Below, piece after piece: positions 37,144-50,925 of a stretch of 64,000 nucleotides of DNA; positions within the stretch are counted from its first letter, which is position 1; the number at the start of each line of letters is the position of its first letter. The notes beneath the pieces were generated by a model. The model saw nothing but the letters and a program-made list of their open reading frames with translations. It was not told the DNA's origin and did no database searches. This DNA comes from Lytechinus pictus (taxonomy: Eukaryota), in NCBI RefSeq assembly GCF_037042905.1, contig NC_087251.1, positions 10,976,001 through 11,040,000 of the forward strand. Direction: 5' to 3'. A program made the translations under genes and the position numbers.

Positions 37144-39696
37144 CTAAATTTGTGCGAGAGGTAGATCATAAAAAATGAGATGACTTCTACTAACAGTCTG
37201 ATCTTCAACCTGAAGTTGAAAATGGATTGTGCCGGGACTGTCCCCCGTCTCCAAACAACGAACTTCAAGTTCTTTTCCTTGATGAATCTCTCGTATGTAC
37301 TCCACAGAGTATGTCTTTAATTTGTAATGGATCAACTCGAGGTGGAACGACTTGAGGAAACCAGCCGAGGCTGCAGAACTTCCTGCTTCAAACACCAATC
37401 GCAGATACATCATTATGCTAACATGTTGATTGTAATCAACGTCATTCCATTGAACAGTGGACCTCCACTTGAAGACATCACCTTCTGCATGCTGCAAGGG
37501 AAGGTTTCTGCGGCGGTGTCTCCAACGTGATCTTATCCTCGTACTTCTCATTGGTTTCGGGATCGATTGGGATTGGTTTTCTTTTCTTCATGTCCATTGC
37601 CATTCATTGAAGTTGACCTGTCATGTAGAGCAAGTCGGTCCCATCGTCTCGGAGATCGAAGCCTATGAACATGGATGTTCTTCCGAGGTAGGACATGTAG
37701 GAATCGTATCTGACCGGACGTGAAATGAAGATCGTTTCGTGATAAGCAGGGAGGATGTTGAGAAGAGTGAGACAGCGCCCAACAAACGATACATCACTAT
37801 CTTGACAGATGCTGCATGGTACACTGTAAGTGGAAGATAACCGAGAAGGCAGTGAGGGAGAACGGTTCCTGTTGGAAAGTTTAAAGAAGAGAAGAAAAAA
37901 AGGGGAAGGAAATATGAACATTTGAATATAAAGAAATATAGGCAAGAAAATGATAAACCCATCACGGTTCTTATTTCTTACTAGATTTTTTTTTTTCATT
38001 TCAAATATTTATGTTTTTCATTTTTCCCAAAATACAAATTCTGCTGCTGTTACATGAATAATGGACAATGTTTGTAATAAAGGGGACGTCATTTTTTTAA
38101 TACGTAAAATAGAAAATAGTGGTACTATTATTTATTGGGGGAACAAATCTGATCGGTTTTGGATTAACTTCCGAGCTTTATAGAGAGACACCCAATCTAT
38201 TATATCTCTTATTTTTACAAAAGAGCAAAGCTCTGGCAGAATTTGGCAACGGCAACGAGATCTTGACAAAGATTATTGATATATGTTTTTTTTAATAGAG
38301 TCCGATATGCATTTGTTAAGAATCAACCAATGACTGCATGGCAAAAAAGTTTCTTACCGATTTTGCTGAAATCGGTCCAACTGAATTCCTTTAACTTATA
38401 TGATTTCGGATATTCGTTGTTTAGTATTCTCAGAAAGAAATCCTTCAAAAACGTACGAAATTTAGCGTAGTCTTCTTTCCCTCTTGTTGACATCCCCCTG
38501 ATCTCTCGTTGCATTACTCTATCACTATTGGCAATTGTCTTAGTTCTGCACAAATGTTGAAAAAAATATTATAATATATAATTAAAAGTAAAACAAAATG
38601 TAAAAGAAAATCATAAATCAATCACTTAGACACTTTCCCTACTTTAATACAAGAATTTTACTCTAATAGGACTTCATTTTTAAGTTGTCTGGTTTAATAG
38701 ACAGTGTCGAGGTGAGAAGCAATGTTGAACAGGGTGTGAAAAAACGAAAATGAAAAAGGGATAAAATGAGAAAGTCGAGCTTCATAGACCAATACATGCT
38801 TGATAATAACACAGAGTCCTACAATGTGTCCCCCAATTTGTTCACAGTGTGGAACACAATGTGAATACACTGACACTGCCATATGTCCAGTAGGGTATTC
38901 CGCACAATGGTATTAATGCGTATCTCATTTTAAGAATACCTATATCAGGAATATCGCGACCCTTGTCGAATTTGTCAGCATGCTTGTAAAAAAACATCAA
39001 TTTTGTATAAGAATACAAAAAAGGCATTGTAAAATGTTGGAGTTATGTTTGATGATAATTTACCCTCGAACATGTCGAAGTTATCCCTGGGAAGGAGTAA
39101 AGCGATCAAGACAGTGGGTGAAATTGTGCGTGTATGCATGAATGTATGAATAGTGGTCTAACGCGTAAGACTCAACTTTCTTTGGAACAGTTTGAAGGGG
39201 CTATACATTCGCAAATATTTTCGATGTGCATAATATCATATTTCTTATATAATCTACCATCCACAGGATCGTGGACAGATGTGACCAAAGAATAAAATAA
39301 AACGAGCGAACTAAGAATTAGGAAAGATTCACCGATACCAAGATGATAGTTAGTTCGTTCGTTCAGTAGTTATTCACCTTCCCAAATGAGTATTATACTG
39401 AATATTACGAAAAGAACTAACAACCAACAGCTTTGGCTAATAATGATCATTGATTACCGCAAAGCATTTGATCCAATCACACCACCCTGTGGAAGACTCC
39501 ACAGGGTGGGACCGGGGGTGGGAGGCGGTGATCGGACAAAGATAACTGGAAGTTTTTCCGATGTCTCCACCGATCTTTCTAATCGCCCATCCATCCTTGA
39601 AACATATCGTTTAAGTATCATCAGATCTCCAGCCGTACGTGAAACGACTGATGTCGATAGCATCAGGGGCTCTTTATAAACTGCCTCATTTTGCAT
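37144..39696 (-). pseudogene. Double hotdog-fold thioesterase-like gene (acyl-ACP/4HBT thioesterase-like), disrupted; putative exons 39696-39458 and 37868-37144
   Basis: The C-terminal frame has V-QWNDVDYNQHV..Y..(V)EY.REI..G.EL.V, a thioesterase D-x-D-x-N-x-H-V signature. The N-terminal half has YMSYLGRTSM..FDLRD and D.KKRKPIPI. In-frame TGA at 37606-37604 and a 1-nt frame offset near 37490-37515. The acceptor at 37870-37869 and donor at 39457-39456 join in frame. The upstream exon is less certain. Confidence 0.7.
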
Positions 39697-42600
39697 GTAT
39701 AAGTTTCAGCCCGTTTGTACACTACATATCACCATGGTCACAACTCAAGAAGATGCCAAGAGGGAAAACACACGGGCCGACTGTCTCCCTGGCATCGCAA
39801 GATGTCCACAAGATACTCTACCAATGAATCGTTCGATATCCGGTTAATAATTGTCCGGCTATCGCACGAGCCCTGTACGATCAAACGGGGACTATAGTAT
39901 CAGTCCGGCCGATGTTCGACCGTTAGTCACTGCCACCCCGCCCCCCCCCCAAATATCTTTAGAGACAAACGCCAAACTATCATCGGCGGGTGTATGAACG
40001 GCCTCCACACGATGGCATTTGTGTCTGTCATATACTATGCTCAACTCCGATTACCTCAGATGTCCTGCCGCCGGCCAGCGGATGTGACTGAGGCATAAGC
40101 AGCAGAAGTAGATAAAACGTTTGGCAGTGGCACTCAGAAGTGCTGAGGGCTGCTTCCCTTTGTCATGAGGGGACCAGAGGGGAGGGGGTGGCCACCTAGC
40201 CCTTTGTTTATATTGCTTGTCATATGACCAGTGATATTTTTTTCTGTTAGATAGGTGTAATACTGTATTATGTTTATTTTTCATGTAATAACTTAATATT
40301 GCTGGTGCGAGCTCGTACAAGAGTGTGTGTTTTTTTCTTCTGAAAATGGTTATTAGGCCTTTCCTAAAATCGACATAATTTCACTGAAAACTGAAACCAA
40401 ACGTAGATTTAAAGACAAATTAATCAATTTTATATTATATTTTTTAATCGGGAGGTAAATTAAGGGCAAAGATTCTAACTAAAGGAGCATTGCCACGTGC
40501 CCCCCCCCCCCAATTGATGCCACCAGTAGGTAGCGATATCTTTTTCACGACCTGGAGGGTCTGAGACGCGACACCAGAAAAATGACTTTCAATCATTATT
40601 TTGTATACAAGGGAGCTTATTTTAGGACCGAACGAAGAAAATATATATTTTCTGGATGGAAATCTGGCATTCTTAAACACATTAACAACTTGGGTAATCG
40701 TGTATTGCAGTGAAATTGATTTAGAACATCCCCTTCCTGGAAATAAATGTCAATTGTTTATAATTATAAGAGAGAGCTTGGCGATCGAACTATAACATTT
40801 TCTTATTTTTCAGTTAGAAATTATAAACATCTGATATTGTAGAAATTGAGGTTTATTGTACAAAGAAACCTAAACAGTGTTCAATAAATAAGTTACAGGT
40901 GTTTGTATTAAAGCCGATAAAGGATTTTCTGCTATTTTCGTAGTATTACGGAACAATTCTAAACCTAGTCACGATAAACAATGTTTTTCTATATTTTGGG
41001 GGTGGGGGCATTTTCCAAAACTTAGGGATAATTATGAATGAATATTCCGATTGTTTTCGTGAATGAATAAATCCAAATTCAACATGAGTACGTTAATACA
41101 TTTACTTGTATTTAGTAAGGTGGCAGACAAATTTGCCCCCCCCCCCATCTTGCTTTCTTGACACATAATGTATGCATGACGGTTTAAAAATGCACATTAC
41201 AAACAATATGTTTTATGTATTAAATGTGATTTTAGGTTTTTAATATAATAAATTAGCATTTATCACGCTGGTTGAGTAAATAATGAAGTTTTGAAGATGG
41301 AAAATTCGGGGAAAAATTATATTAAAACGGCCGGAATAGGATGCTTATTTAAGCATTTACAACATTTCCTTTTTCACCTTTTAAATTATTTTGGCGCTTT
41401 GAACCAAAACAAAAAAAATTACTGTTTTCTTTATTGTAGGTGTCGTTATACTTGCTGTTCTTACTCTTCTTTCCCCCACCCCCCCCAAAAAAAAAAAAAA
41501 AAAATTACATTATCGATCTTGGAGGCGAATCGATCGTGACATTGGTGACCGTTATTTCTCAAAATTTAAAACAGATGAAATGAGTGTTCACGGTCATTAA
41601 TTTTCTATAAGTGTTGTTGTTAAGGTCTATGGAAATGGGTCATTAGAATGTAGAGATGCCCTGGTAGCGATACTCGTTTGTTTTTGTAACTCCAGTATCA
41701 ATGAGTATAGATCCTCTAAAGTGGTCTAGCGCCAGCTTTGGTTTGCATGTTACGATTGAAATGCATTTCCCAACTGTTAACAGAAAGAATCAAATAAATA
41801 AATCGATTTCCCCTGAGACAAGTGGATAAAATGAATTGGTGCGGTGTCACAAGGGGGCACACTCTAAGCAATATTGGGTAAAAATGCTCCGTGAGAGTAA
41901 TCATGTGTCCAACCAACATTGGGCATTTCTTTGGGGGCATTTTTATTAATCCAGTGTGATGAAAATTTTGCCCATCTAAAGTAATTGCTACTTATTTTTT
42001 TAAAGAATTGGTGCGTTGTAGAGAGTTTCCCCGTAGTAAATGCGAAAAGCTCGGATTTGCCAGTGACACTGGCAAAATCACAAAAAGCTCGTTCATTCGA
42101 AAGCACATACTTGTGTACAAAGGGAATGAAGATTGAAAGGCAAACCAATGAAAACAACACTGATGCACAAATTAAACAATGGCTTCCTATTCTTGATGAA
42201 TGAAACATTTATGAAAGTTAGTTAAGACGTGCTTTTGCGTGTTTTCTTTATATAATAAATACATTCGTGTGTGACCAAAGCACTTCCAATCAGTGATGAA
42301 GCTTTGTGAAGGGAGGGGTGGGGCACGCTCCCGAATTGTCTATCCTAACTAAATTGAAAGGGAAGGTCTTTTGTGGACTATAGCACTACGAGCGATAAGC
42401 ATTTCCATTACCGCCCCCTATCGTATTTATAATGAAAACTCCTACAATTATTTTAACTCGGTCGACATACCATGTCGGGCAACCCTTCATGTTGTTGCTA
42501 CAATAAATCTATATTTACGATGTGTATGAAATTCTATTATGATTAATATAAATGGCATTTATTTCTATTTTAATGAATGTGAATTTCGATTTCACAGCTG

Positions 42601-45600
42601 AAGAAAAACGACATGAAAGGTTAAACATTTTATCAAGTGCCGTATATGGCATCGATTTTGTGTTTGCTTTAGCGCCAACTTGTGACTTTTTTTTTTAAAT
42701 ATTTCATTATCTTATGTAGTTGTATCCAATGCGATCAGTGACTTGTTCTGAAGTATTTTAACTTGCTGTATCATTTTTGAGCTGTACCAAGACATTTGTT
42801 AGTTCGGTTATTTATGTTTTCAATCTACCCCCCTCCTCCCACCGGATTATGGAAATAATGATAATGATTAAATCACTTTGCAGTCTCAACATAGAAAACG
42901 TTGAGCAAAACTGTACTGATTTTTATGTATCCGGCTAATAGAGTGAAAATACACACGAGCATCGACATAATCAGCATTCCATGATTGTTATAAATGATGA
43001 ATGACTCTCATTCTTTAATACAAAGAACATGTACAAAATATGATTATCGGAAATGACGTCATGCTTTTTCCTCACAGATTGTCATGTTTTTTATTTCACG
43101 TAAGGAAAGCCGCATCTCGACGACCACAATCATACTGTGCCCTGGATGGAGCGATTGACCTTTTTATCTATTTCTAGAATTTCATGAAGATCTCGTGTTA
43201 TTCCGTTCAGCAATAATTGGTCCCATAATTCATAATTGGCAGATGATACCTCCAAAAGTAAAATATTATATTTTGATATTTAGGTGACGAAATGGCGCAC
43301 TTACAAACGGCGGGGAACGTCGTCTATATAGGTATAGGATTACGGTGGAGCATTACGTGACGGTATCAATATTAAAATAGTTTTATAATTATTATTTTAC
43401 TGTTAGTCAGATATGTTTTTGATAACTATGAATGACAGTAGTTAGAATTACGTGACCTTTATTTCGCACAATACTTTATTTTGCAATAATAAAACAAGTA
43501 CGTGCATGTATGACTTATGAGATCAGCGTTTAATTAAAACGTTTGATTTCACACAAAGGTTTTATTGTTCAAGGTGGGGCAGATTTGCATTGTCCATATA
43601 TATCTTTATTCAATACGTATAGATATATTATATATATTCAATTTAAATAAACATGTATTTTCTCTCATTTTGCACAAAACATAATTTGTCAATAATATGA
43701 ATTATACAAAATTATTTGTCATGAAAGTATCAATATAATGGCGTATAGTTCCCTGAACAGCTGAAAGCAAAATCTTGTGACGGGATATTATGCGCCTGTA
43801 ATACAAATACAATACAAATACATAATACTAAAAAGGAAGAAGGGCGAAACACATATATTGTTTGAAACGTTAGTTTTTAATCATAACAAATTATCATTCC
43901 AAAAACCTCGAGGTCGGGGTAGAAACATTCCAAGTTCTAGATAGATTTTATCAAAATTTTCCACATGTTGTTTCCTCTATCATGTCTAGTCAGATCAAGG
44001 CATAAAATGTAAACAGAATATCGCACTTCCTCCTTCTCTCTAAGCGACATTTTCGGTCTCACTTTCACTGGTTTACAATAACAATATCACCTCTTCTTTG
44101 TTCTCATATATTTTGCAATACCAGGGTCGCGATTGTATGGTAATCGGCATATGAATGAATCGAACCAACACTATGACATCATATCTAAAAATAGATTCCA
44201 TATCTTGATGAAACAATGGGCATTATCTCGTTCTTCACAATATGGTTCATAAGTCAAGCTGACGAACGAGCGCAGATCGGCTGCCGCGACGCGCCCGGAG
44301 GAGCTAACGGCAAGGGGGATACGTTGCTAATTTTGGCTTTGGTTGTGAATTAGGCGATTAGGCGGGCTACAATGAATTATCCTCCCAATTAATTGCTTCC
44401 TTTATGCTATATTCTTTGTCATGATTAAGCTTAAAGTATTGTTGGTCGGTTGTATAGATAATTGATTGATATTATAATTATTAACACGAGAAGGGTGTGG
44501 CGAGCCACAGATTGCATAATGCATGCTCAAACTTTGTCATACAGTTCGATAGTGTAATCGTGGTAATATAACAATTTCCTGGTATTGTGTGTTAACCAGA
44601 CTTCATAATTTCACAACCATTACTAAGAAATTTTGAAGTGAGTGGGGATATCGTTTTGATGGATTTTCGAGAAGACATAGACTTCAATGGAAATCAATGT
44701 TTTCTAGTACTTGGAATATTTTGTTTACTATAAGATTTGACATTACATAATGATAGGAGTTATTTTCTATATTATATATAGCAACATATATTCTACTAGA
44801 TACTAAGTATAATTATAGACAAGTCAATGGAAAGAGAAATTAGTGAAACCAAACCCAACATGGTTAACAAACAAACATATATATTTTAAAATCCCCATAC
44901 TTCTTTTTTTTCCAATCATAAAATACATTTCTGCATAATTATGACAACTGACAATGCGAAGGGCCTATATTGTAAAGACCACTGATTACTTGATATTTCT
45001 TCTTTGTCAAAGTAAGCATACATCTTATTACTGATACCATATAACATTCATATTTCAAAGAAAATGCAAAGTGAGGCTCATTAAAAATAAGGAGGATTGT
45101 CAAACAACTGACAAAATGAAATTCCTAAAGGATCTGTGAAATAGGTTTCACTCCTTTGGTTTATATTTGAATGCTGACATCATGCTCCTGTTCTTATTTT
45201 CGCTGACTCACTTGGCTTGCGTTTATCAGGCGGGCAATACTTAGAGCTGAGCCGGCATAAGTGAATCAGCGAAGGTTCATTACATGATATCGTCATTTAT
45301 AAATTTATGTTGTATACTTGCAATGACTTCAATGTCAATGATTTGGGTTATCTCAGGAATTATACCAACCAAAGAATTTATCATTTGCTAAACAGATATC
45401 AAATAAGTAGTAAATAAACAAATAATTCAATAAAACTATTAACATGACAGTCATACGATGTATGGTTGCGGTTTTGACAGCTCTCGTTATTATACAACAC
45501 TCAAAATTACGATTCTCTTGATATGTCTTTATCATTGTCACTATTACACGTGTATCACGTTTAAAACAATATTTTTTCGTAAATTATTGATTAGATATTC

Positions 45601-45644
45601 GAAAGATATAACGTTTGTATCTTACAGATAATAATTATCATATA

Positions 45645-45875
45645 CACCCTTAAAATAGTTTGGCAAAAATGCCCAACTTTTAACCAGCCCTGGGCAACAT
45701 ACCGTCTACACAACTATCGGTTAAAATCTGCAAAAACTGGGTAATAAAACCTAATCATTGGGTAATAAACTTGCCCGATTCGATAATAATTGCCCAGAGT
45801 ATATATATTTTCTTTACCAGGCAACATACATTACCCAGCACAATGGATAGTATGTTGCCCAACATTTTAAGTGTG
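45645..45875. mobile_element. MITE with CAC termini (EnSpm/CACTA-like) and internal TTGCCCA/TGGGTAA repeats
   Basis: CACCCTTAAAA at the left end, TTTTAAGTGTG at the right; repeated TGCCCA/TGGGYAA motifs inside. Confidence 0.55.
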
Positions 45876-47224
45876 CATACTTGGTTCTTTTAAAGCCCAA
45901 TACACATAGAAGATTGCATGATATATAACCATGCAAGAAGGAAAAGCAAAGGATTAAAAACGATCAAAATGTTCTTATTATGAATTTATTAAGATGAACA
46001 TGATTGTATACTTCAGTCGACCGAGTCATAAGTAACAATGAGGTAATGCATATTTTTATATCCTAGATTGATCTTTCATTCATATCATTATGATTACAAT
46101 AAAATTTTATGATAGCTAACTTGTTTTTACAGTGAGTGTAAACGATAAGCAATAATCTTTGAAAGATTTACAAATCATAAAAGAAACAAAAATAACGTAA
46201 CGCATCGGGTGGTTAAATTAATCTCTTCGGTCAAAGTGCAAAATCCTCGATAAGATTCCTGTGAAAAATAAACAAACAAAGCTTTTTTTTCAAAAGAAAT
46301 CGCTAATCTAAAAATCTCCCTCGCGTATACCTGTCTGGAAGTGGTAATATTTACTACTAATTTCGAATGCTTTTTCATGCTTTTCTCATTAAAGAAAGAG
46401 CCTTATATGTTTGTCAATCAAAGAAACGTACGGCAAAAATATGATTTTCACTTGCGCTCTAGTACGTCTTTTATGCGAATATTTCATGTTCTTTATAGGA
46501 TATGATCATACATTTCCAATGCCAACTTTATATTCATATCATTAATACAACCATTTGTGTGTGATTGTGATCCGAATGTATTAATGATTAATCCATTTAT
46601 CCGAACTCCAATGATTCCTGTGAGCTTTCAGTAATCAAGCTCTTTTGCAGAAATCCATGATAAACTCCCTAATAACAAAGCACGGGTAAATAATTCAAAT
46701 CGAATAAACAGAAACAAAGTAGTAATAACAAATAAGTTTTGAGGAAGACATATTGCTCAGATAATTTTTCACATTTAAATGAAGTGTGTATTATTTTATT
46801 TGTTTACTGCATAACGTTTAGTAAGCCTTGCTGTAATTCATACACTGAACATTTTACTTGTCATATTGGTATACTTGTTCACATATTTATCTACATGTAT
46901 CAAATTATTCAATACTTAATTGACATTTTACATTCATCTATATCTAATTAATTCATTCACTCATATATCTATTTCTGTATTCATCAATTAAATAATTTAG
47001 TTATATCATGTCATGCTGTTGTTAGAATGAACTTGAAATAACATTAGATATCAATATCTAGGGCGGTGAAGAACATGCAGGTATGTTCTTCTCATCCTCT
47101 CTCCTTGTGGTTATTCTTCGTAAATTACTCATTTCATGCATCATGTTATTGTTTATTTCACATTTTTCTTCCCCTCTTTTGGCCACTATCATTATTTTAA
47201 TAATGTAATTTAATATTAATGAAT

Positions 47225-47472
47225 AATTTGTTTTGAGGGGTCCACGATTTACAAGCACAGTTTCACAGTGGACCTCTCCATTTCCAGCATGTTATTTTCA
47301 GCCACAAATATTTAATGATCCATATTAAGTTTAAAATGTATAATTTAGATAAATATATATATTGTGTTACATGTTTCTTTATACATTTCAATTGTTATAA
47401 ATGTATTTATGATGGATTTTGTATACTGTTTTGTTGGAAATGAGAAAAAATAAAACTGAAACTGAATCTTGA
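47225..47472 (+). mobile_element. Probable isolated 3' end of a CR1/L2-group LINE
   Basis: Stem-loop GAGGGGTCCAC..GTGGACCTCTC, an AT-rich stretch, then AATAAA followed by (AACTGA)n-like tail repeats. Confidence 0.45.
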
Positions 47473-47794
47473 GGAGAGGTTTACCAACACTTGTCACTTA
47501 GTCTGCTGCCATTATTTTGTCTCATTTTCTAAACTATCAACATTTATATACATTACAAAATAGTAAAAAAACTTTTGTAAAAAAAAAACTTTGCTTATGT
47601 CAGTTTACTATGGTGTATTATCGCAGATATTGTCTTGAACATTTATTCTTGAATAGAAATATGACTATAATTTTAATGGATGCATTTTGTAAATCATCGG
47701 CCATTCATACAAACGTTTGAAGAATGGTAAACAAAATAGTTCCATATAAATGTGCACACACACACAGACGCGTAGTTTAGGCCTACACTTAGAC

Positions 47795-47804
47795 CATGGA
47801 CCTG
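47795..47804. mobile_element. 10-bp remnant of the same palindromic family with a 7-bp TSD
   Basis: CTTAGAC-CATGGACCTG-CTTAGAC. Confidence 0.7.
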
Positions 47805-48200
47805 CTTAGACTAAACATTTTCTGAGGATGGAGTATTTTAAAAAGGTATATTGAAATTGCCAATATTTGATATTATTATTCTAAATTCGATTTGCTTACT
47901 CCCCCACCCCCCCCCCCCACCCGCAGCTCTATCTCTCTCCTTCGATTTATCTATTTTTCTCTTTTATCTTCCTTCTAAACGTTCTCATTAATTACTTTGG
48001 CTAAAGCCTAACAGTGTCTAATAAAGATAATGCCGATGAACAGTACCCAGGCCAAAGTACATGATTGCATGCGACACAGTCAAAACATGTAGATGACGTC
48101 ATAGTTTAAAGATAGAACAATTACATTTCCCTCGCCGTAACTCTGCGGTTGTCAACCACATACATAAGCTAATGTATACCTTGATGATCATATATTATAC

Positions 48201-48227
48201 CATGGACCTATTCGTAATAGGTCCATG
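48201..48227. mobile_element. 27-bp palindromic insert or transposon footprint with a 7-bp TSD
   Basis: ATTATAC-CATGGACCTATT cgt AATAGGTCCATG-ATTATAC. Confidence 0.82.
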
Positions 48228-49270
48228 ATTATACATATTATTATCCAACTGCGCACACAGCAAAGTAGAAAATTTGTGATTTTTTAATTCAACGGTGATA
48301 AATATTTCTGTATTTGAACCAACTGGAGGATATGTTTTGAATGATTAATATATGAAATAATATTAAATCCAAATGGCTGTGATATAATTAGAGTTTGATC
48401 TGCTCATCCAGTGTTCCAGTATTCTTATATAAATCTCAGTGCTAAACTAGAAGGTACCACCATGGTTTAGCTCGAACCCACAACCTCCCGCTCAAACATC
48501 TTTTTTTTGCAGGAGTTTCTGCATTTTATTCATAAATCAATAACAAATAAAAAAAATTGATACAATAACAATGACATGAATTAGTACATTTTTGCGTGAC
48601 AATCGAAAATATAAATAATGTATAAGACTGAAAACTACATAAATGAAGCATGTAAAATAACAAAGTGGGTAAAAATGCAGGGGCAAGCTATAATAAGCAG
48701 GTAACTGCTTGAAAAAATTGCAGCCATGTGGGAGGGCTACATGGAAACCGTAATAGGTTATAAATATAATTCCATAAAATGATGTCACGAAATAGAAAGT
48801 ATGAAAGTTTAGATATTTAGTGGGGAAAGATAAGATAAAGTTTAAAAAAGTGCGAGTGAGTGCTAGTGCGAGTGAGTGCTAGTGCGAGTGAGTGTCTGAT
48901 ATTTCTAGATGGGCTATGTTTTGCGGTGGGGCGCCATGACCGAGCGGTGAGATGGCAGAGCTTTGAATGAACCCTTTTGACCGACCTCCTGGAGCGCAAA
49001 ATCTGTTGATTATTAGGCAACAACCAAACAAAAATAATGCTTATTCCATAGGGCAAAGCAAAACGGAGGAGGTATCTAAAATAATTTTGAACATGAAACA
49101 AATGGGCAACGTTTATTTATCAGTTACACACTCCTATCCTAACGAAAAAAACGTTTTTTTTTTTTAATACCAAAATGTATCGACCAAAATAAAAGAATAT
49201 CAACAATTGATAATCTATTGTAATTTCTGAGCTAGTGAAAATTAACATGGTATACGGAAAATATTTGGAA

Positions 49271-50925
49271 TACTTTGATTTTTTATTTATTTTGAATTTA
49301 TTTATTACCAAATATCACTGTCAGGTACAATTACAAGGAATAGTACATCACATATAAACAAAACATTTGGTAATTGGAGCTAACATAATAGCAAGATGCT
49401 AATCGAGGTTAGCCCCAAATAATGTCATTATAGTTTAAACAATAATTTTAACTAAATATCAATATTGTACATCAAATTCAGTACTAATTCTACTTATTAC
49501 TGTTGCAGAAAATTTCGATCATTTTTAGTGAACATATTTACACTATTTACAAGAAAAAAATATCTTAATTATTCACAAAATCTTTATATAGAATTATTTG
49601 TTTTCAGGCAGTATTTTACCATACCAAATTGATTATAATCTTCCAGTAGCATTAATTTTAACGATTTGCTAAATATCTTACGACTGGGGGTGTTTCTAAT
49701 ATTACTTGGCAGATGATTCCATAAAGTAGGACTAGTAAATGAAATTGATCGTTTTCCCAAATTGGTATTATTTTTGTCAAGATTAACATTTCGCTTTTCT
49801 CTATTTCTTGTATTGTAAGGATGGTCTATACTAAATGAAATATAATCAATAAAACTATGCGGCAACCGATTATTAATTAAATCGTGCATAAATACTCCTA
49901 TCAAATATTGGTATTGTTTTAAAATATCGAGAATATTTAGATCATAAAATAAAGGAGCAGAGTGATAAGTATGATGGTTGAACGTCATTATTCTAGCTAT
50001 TCTTTTTTGAAGTAATAATATAGGGTTCAGGGTTGTTTTGCACGTCCCACCCCAAACTTCCAGACCGTACGTTATATGTGGTAAAATAAATGAGTTGTAT
50101 AACATAACTAAGATTCTCTTTGTTACATAATTCCTCAATCTATAAAGTATTCAAATTGTTTTGCTTAGCACATTGCATACAATGTCAACCTGTTTCTTCC
50201 ATGTAAGGTTTTTGTCGATACATATACCAAGAAATAATGTTGATTCCACACACTCTAATAAAGTTCCTTCAGTGACAATTGTCCTGATATTAAAATATTT
50301 TTTCGTCTATTTTTAAACAACATATATTTAGTCTTCGTAACATTGATTATCAATTTGTTGGCATTGCACCATGTTATTATATTGTTTAAACTGAGACTAA
50401 TTTCTGATAAATCAATATGTTGTTCATCACAATTTAAAGTATGAAATAAAGTCATCCGCAAAAAGAAGGAAATTGAAATAATTTGATGAGTTTGCCAGAT
50501 CGTTTATATACAACAAGAACAAAGTTGGACCCAAAACTGATCCTTGTGGAATACCGCATGAAATTGACCTGTATTCGGAATTTACACCATCATAATTAAC
50601 AAATTGCTTTCTGTTTCGTAAATAATCATTAAACCATTATACCGCCTTACCGCGAATGCCATTATAGTTCTAGTTTTTTAATGAGAATAGAATGATTAAT
50701 CGTATCAAAAGCTTTAGCAAAATCGATGAATATTCCTACTGTCACCTTTCCTTCATCAGTATATCTTGTAATTTGATTAATCAGATTTATCAGTGAAAGT
50801 TTCGCACTGTATCCATTTCTAAAATCATTTTGGTGTTTATACAATATTTCATTCTTTTTTATGAATTTCATTAATCGTGCATTCACTAGTTTTTCAAATA
50901 TTTTGCTAATCGTGGCTAAAATCGG
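49271..50925 (-). mobile_element. 5'-truncated, decayed non-LTR retrotransposon (CR1/L2 group) ORF2: RT domain, C-terminus and 3'UTR
   Basis: The minus strand reads ISKIFEKLV, IFIDFAKAFDTINHSILIKKL, CGIPQGSVLGPTLFLLYINDL..FLLFADD, W..ANKL.IN..KTKYM, LYNSFILPHITYG.EVWG..LQKRIAR. Several stops and frameshifts; 3'UTR stem-loop near 49375-49415 and an AATAAA-rich tail near 49271-49307. Confidence 0.92.

Noticed and set aside
37604..37606. In-frame TGA as selenocysteine
   Set aside because: A frameshift follows about 100 nt later, AATAAA lies immediately after the final stop, and I see no SECIS-like stem. A nonsense mutation is simpler.
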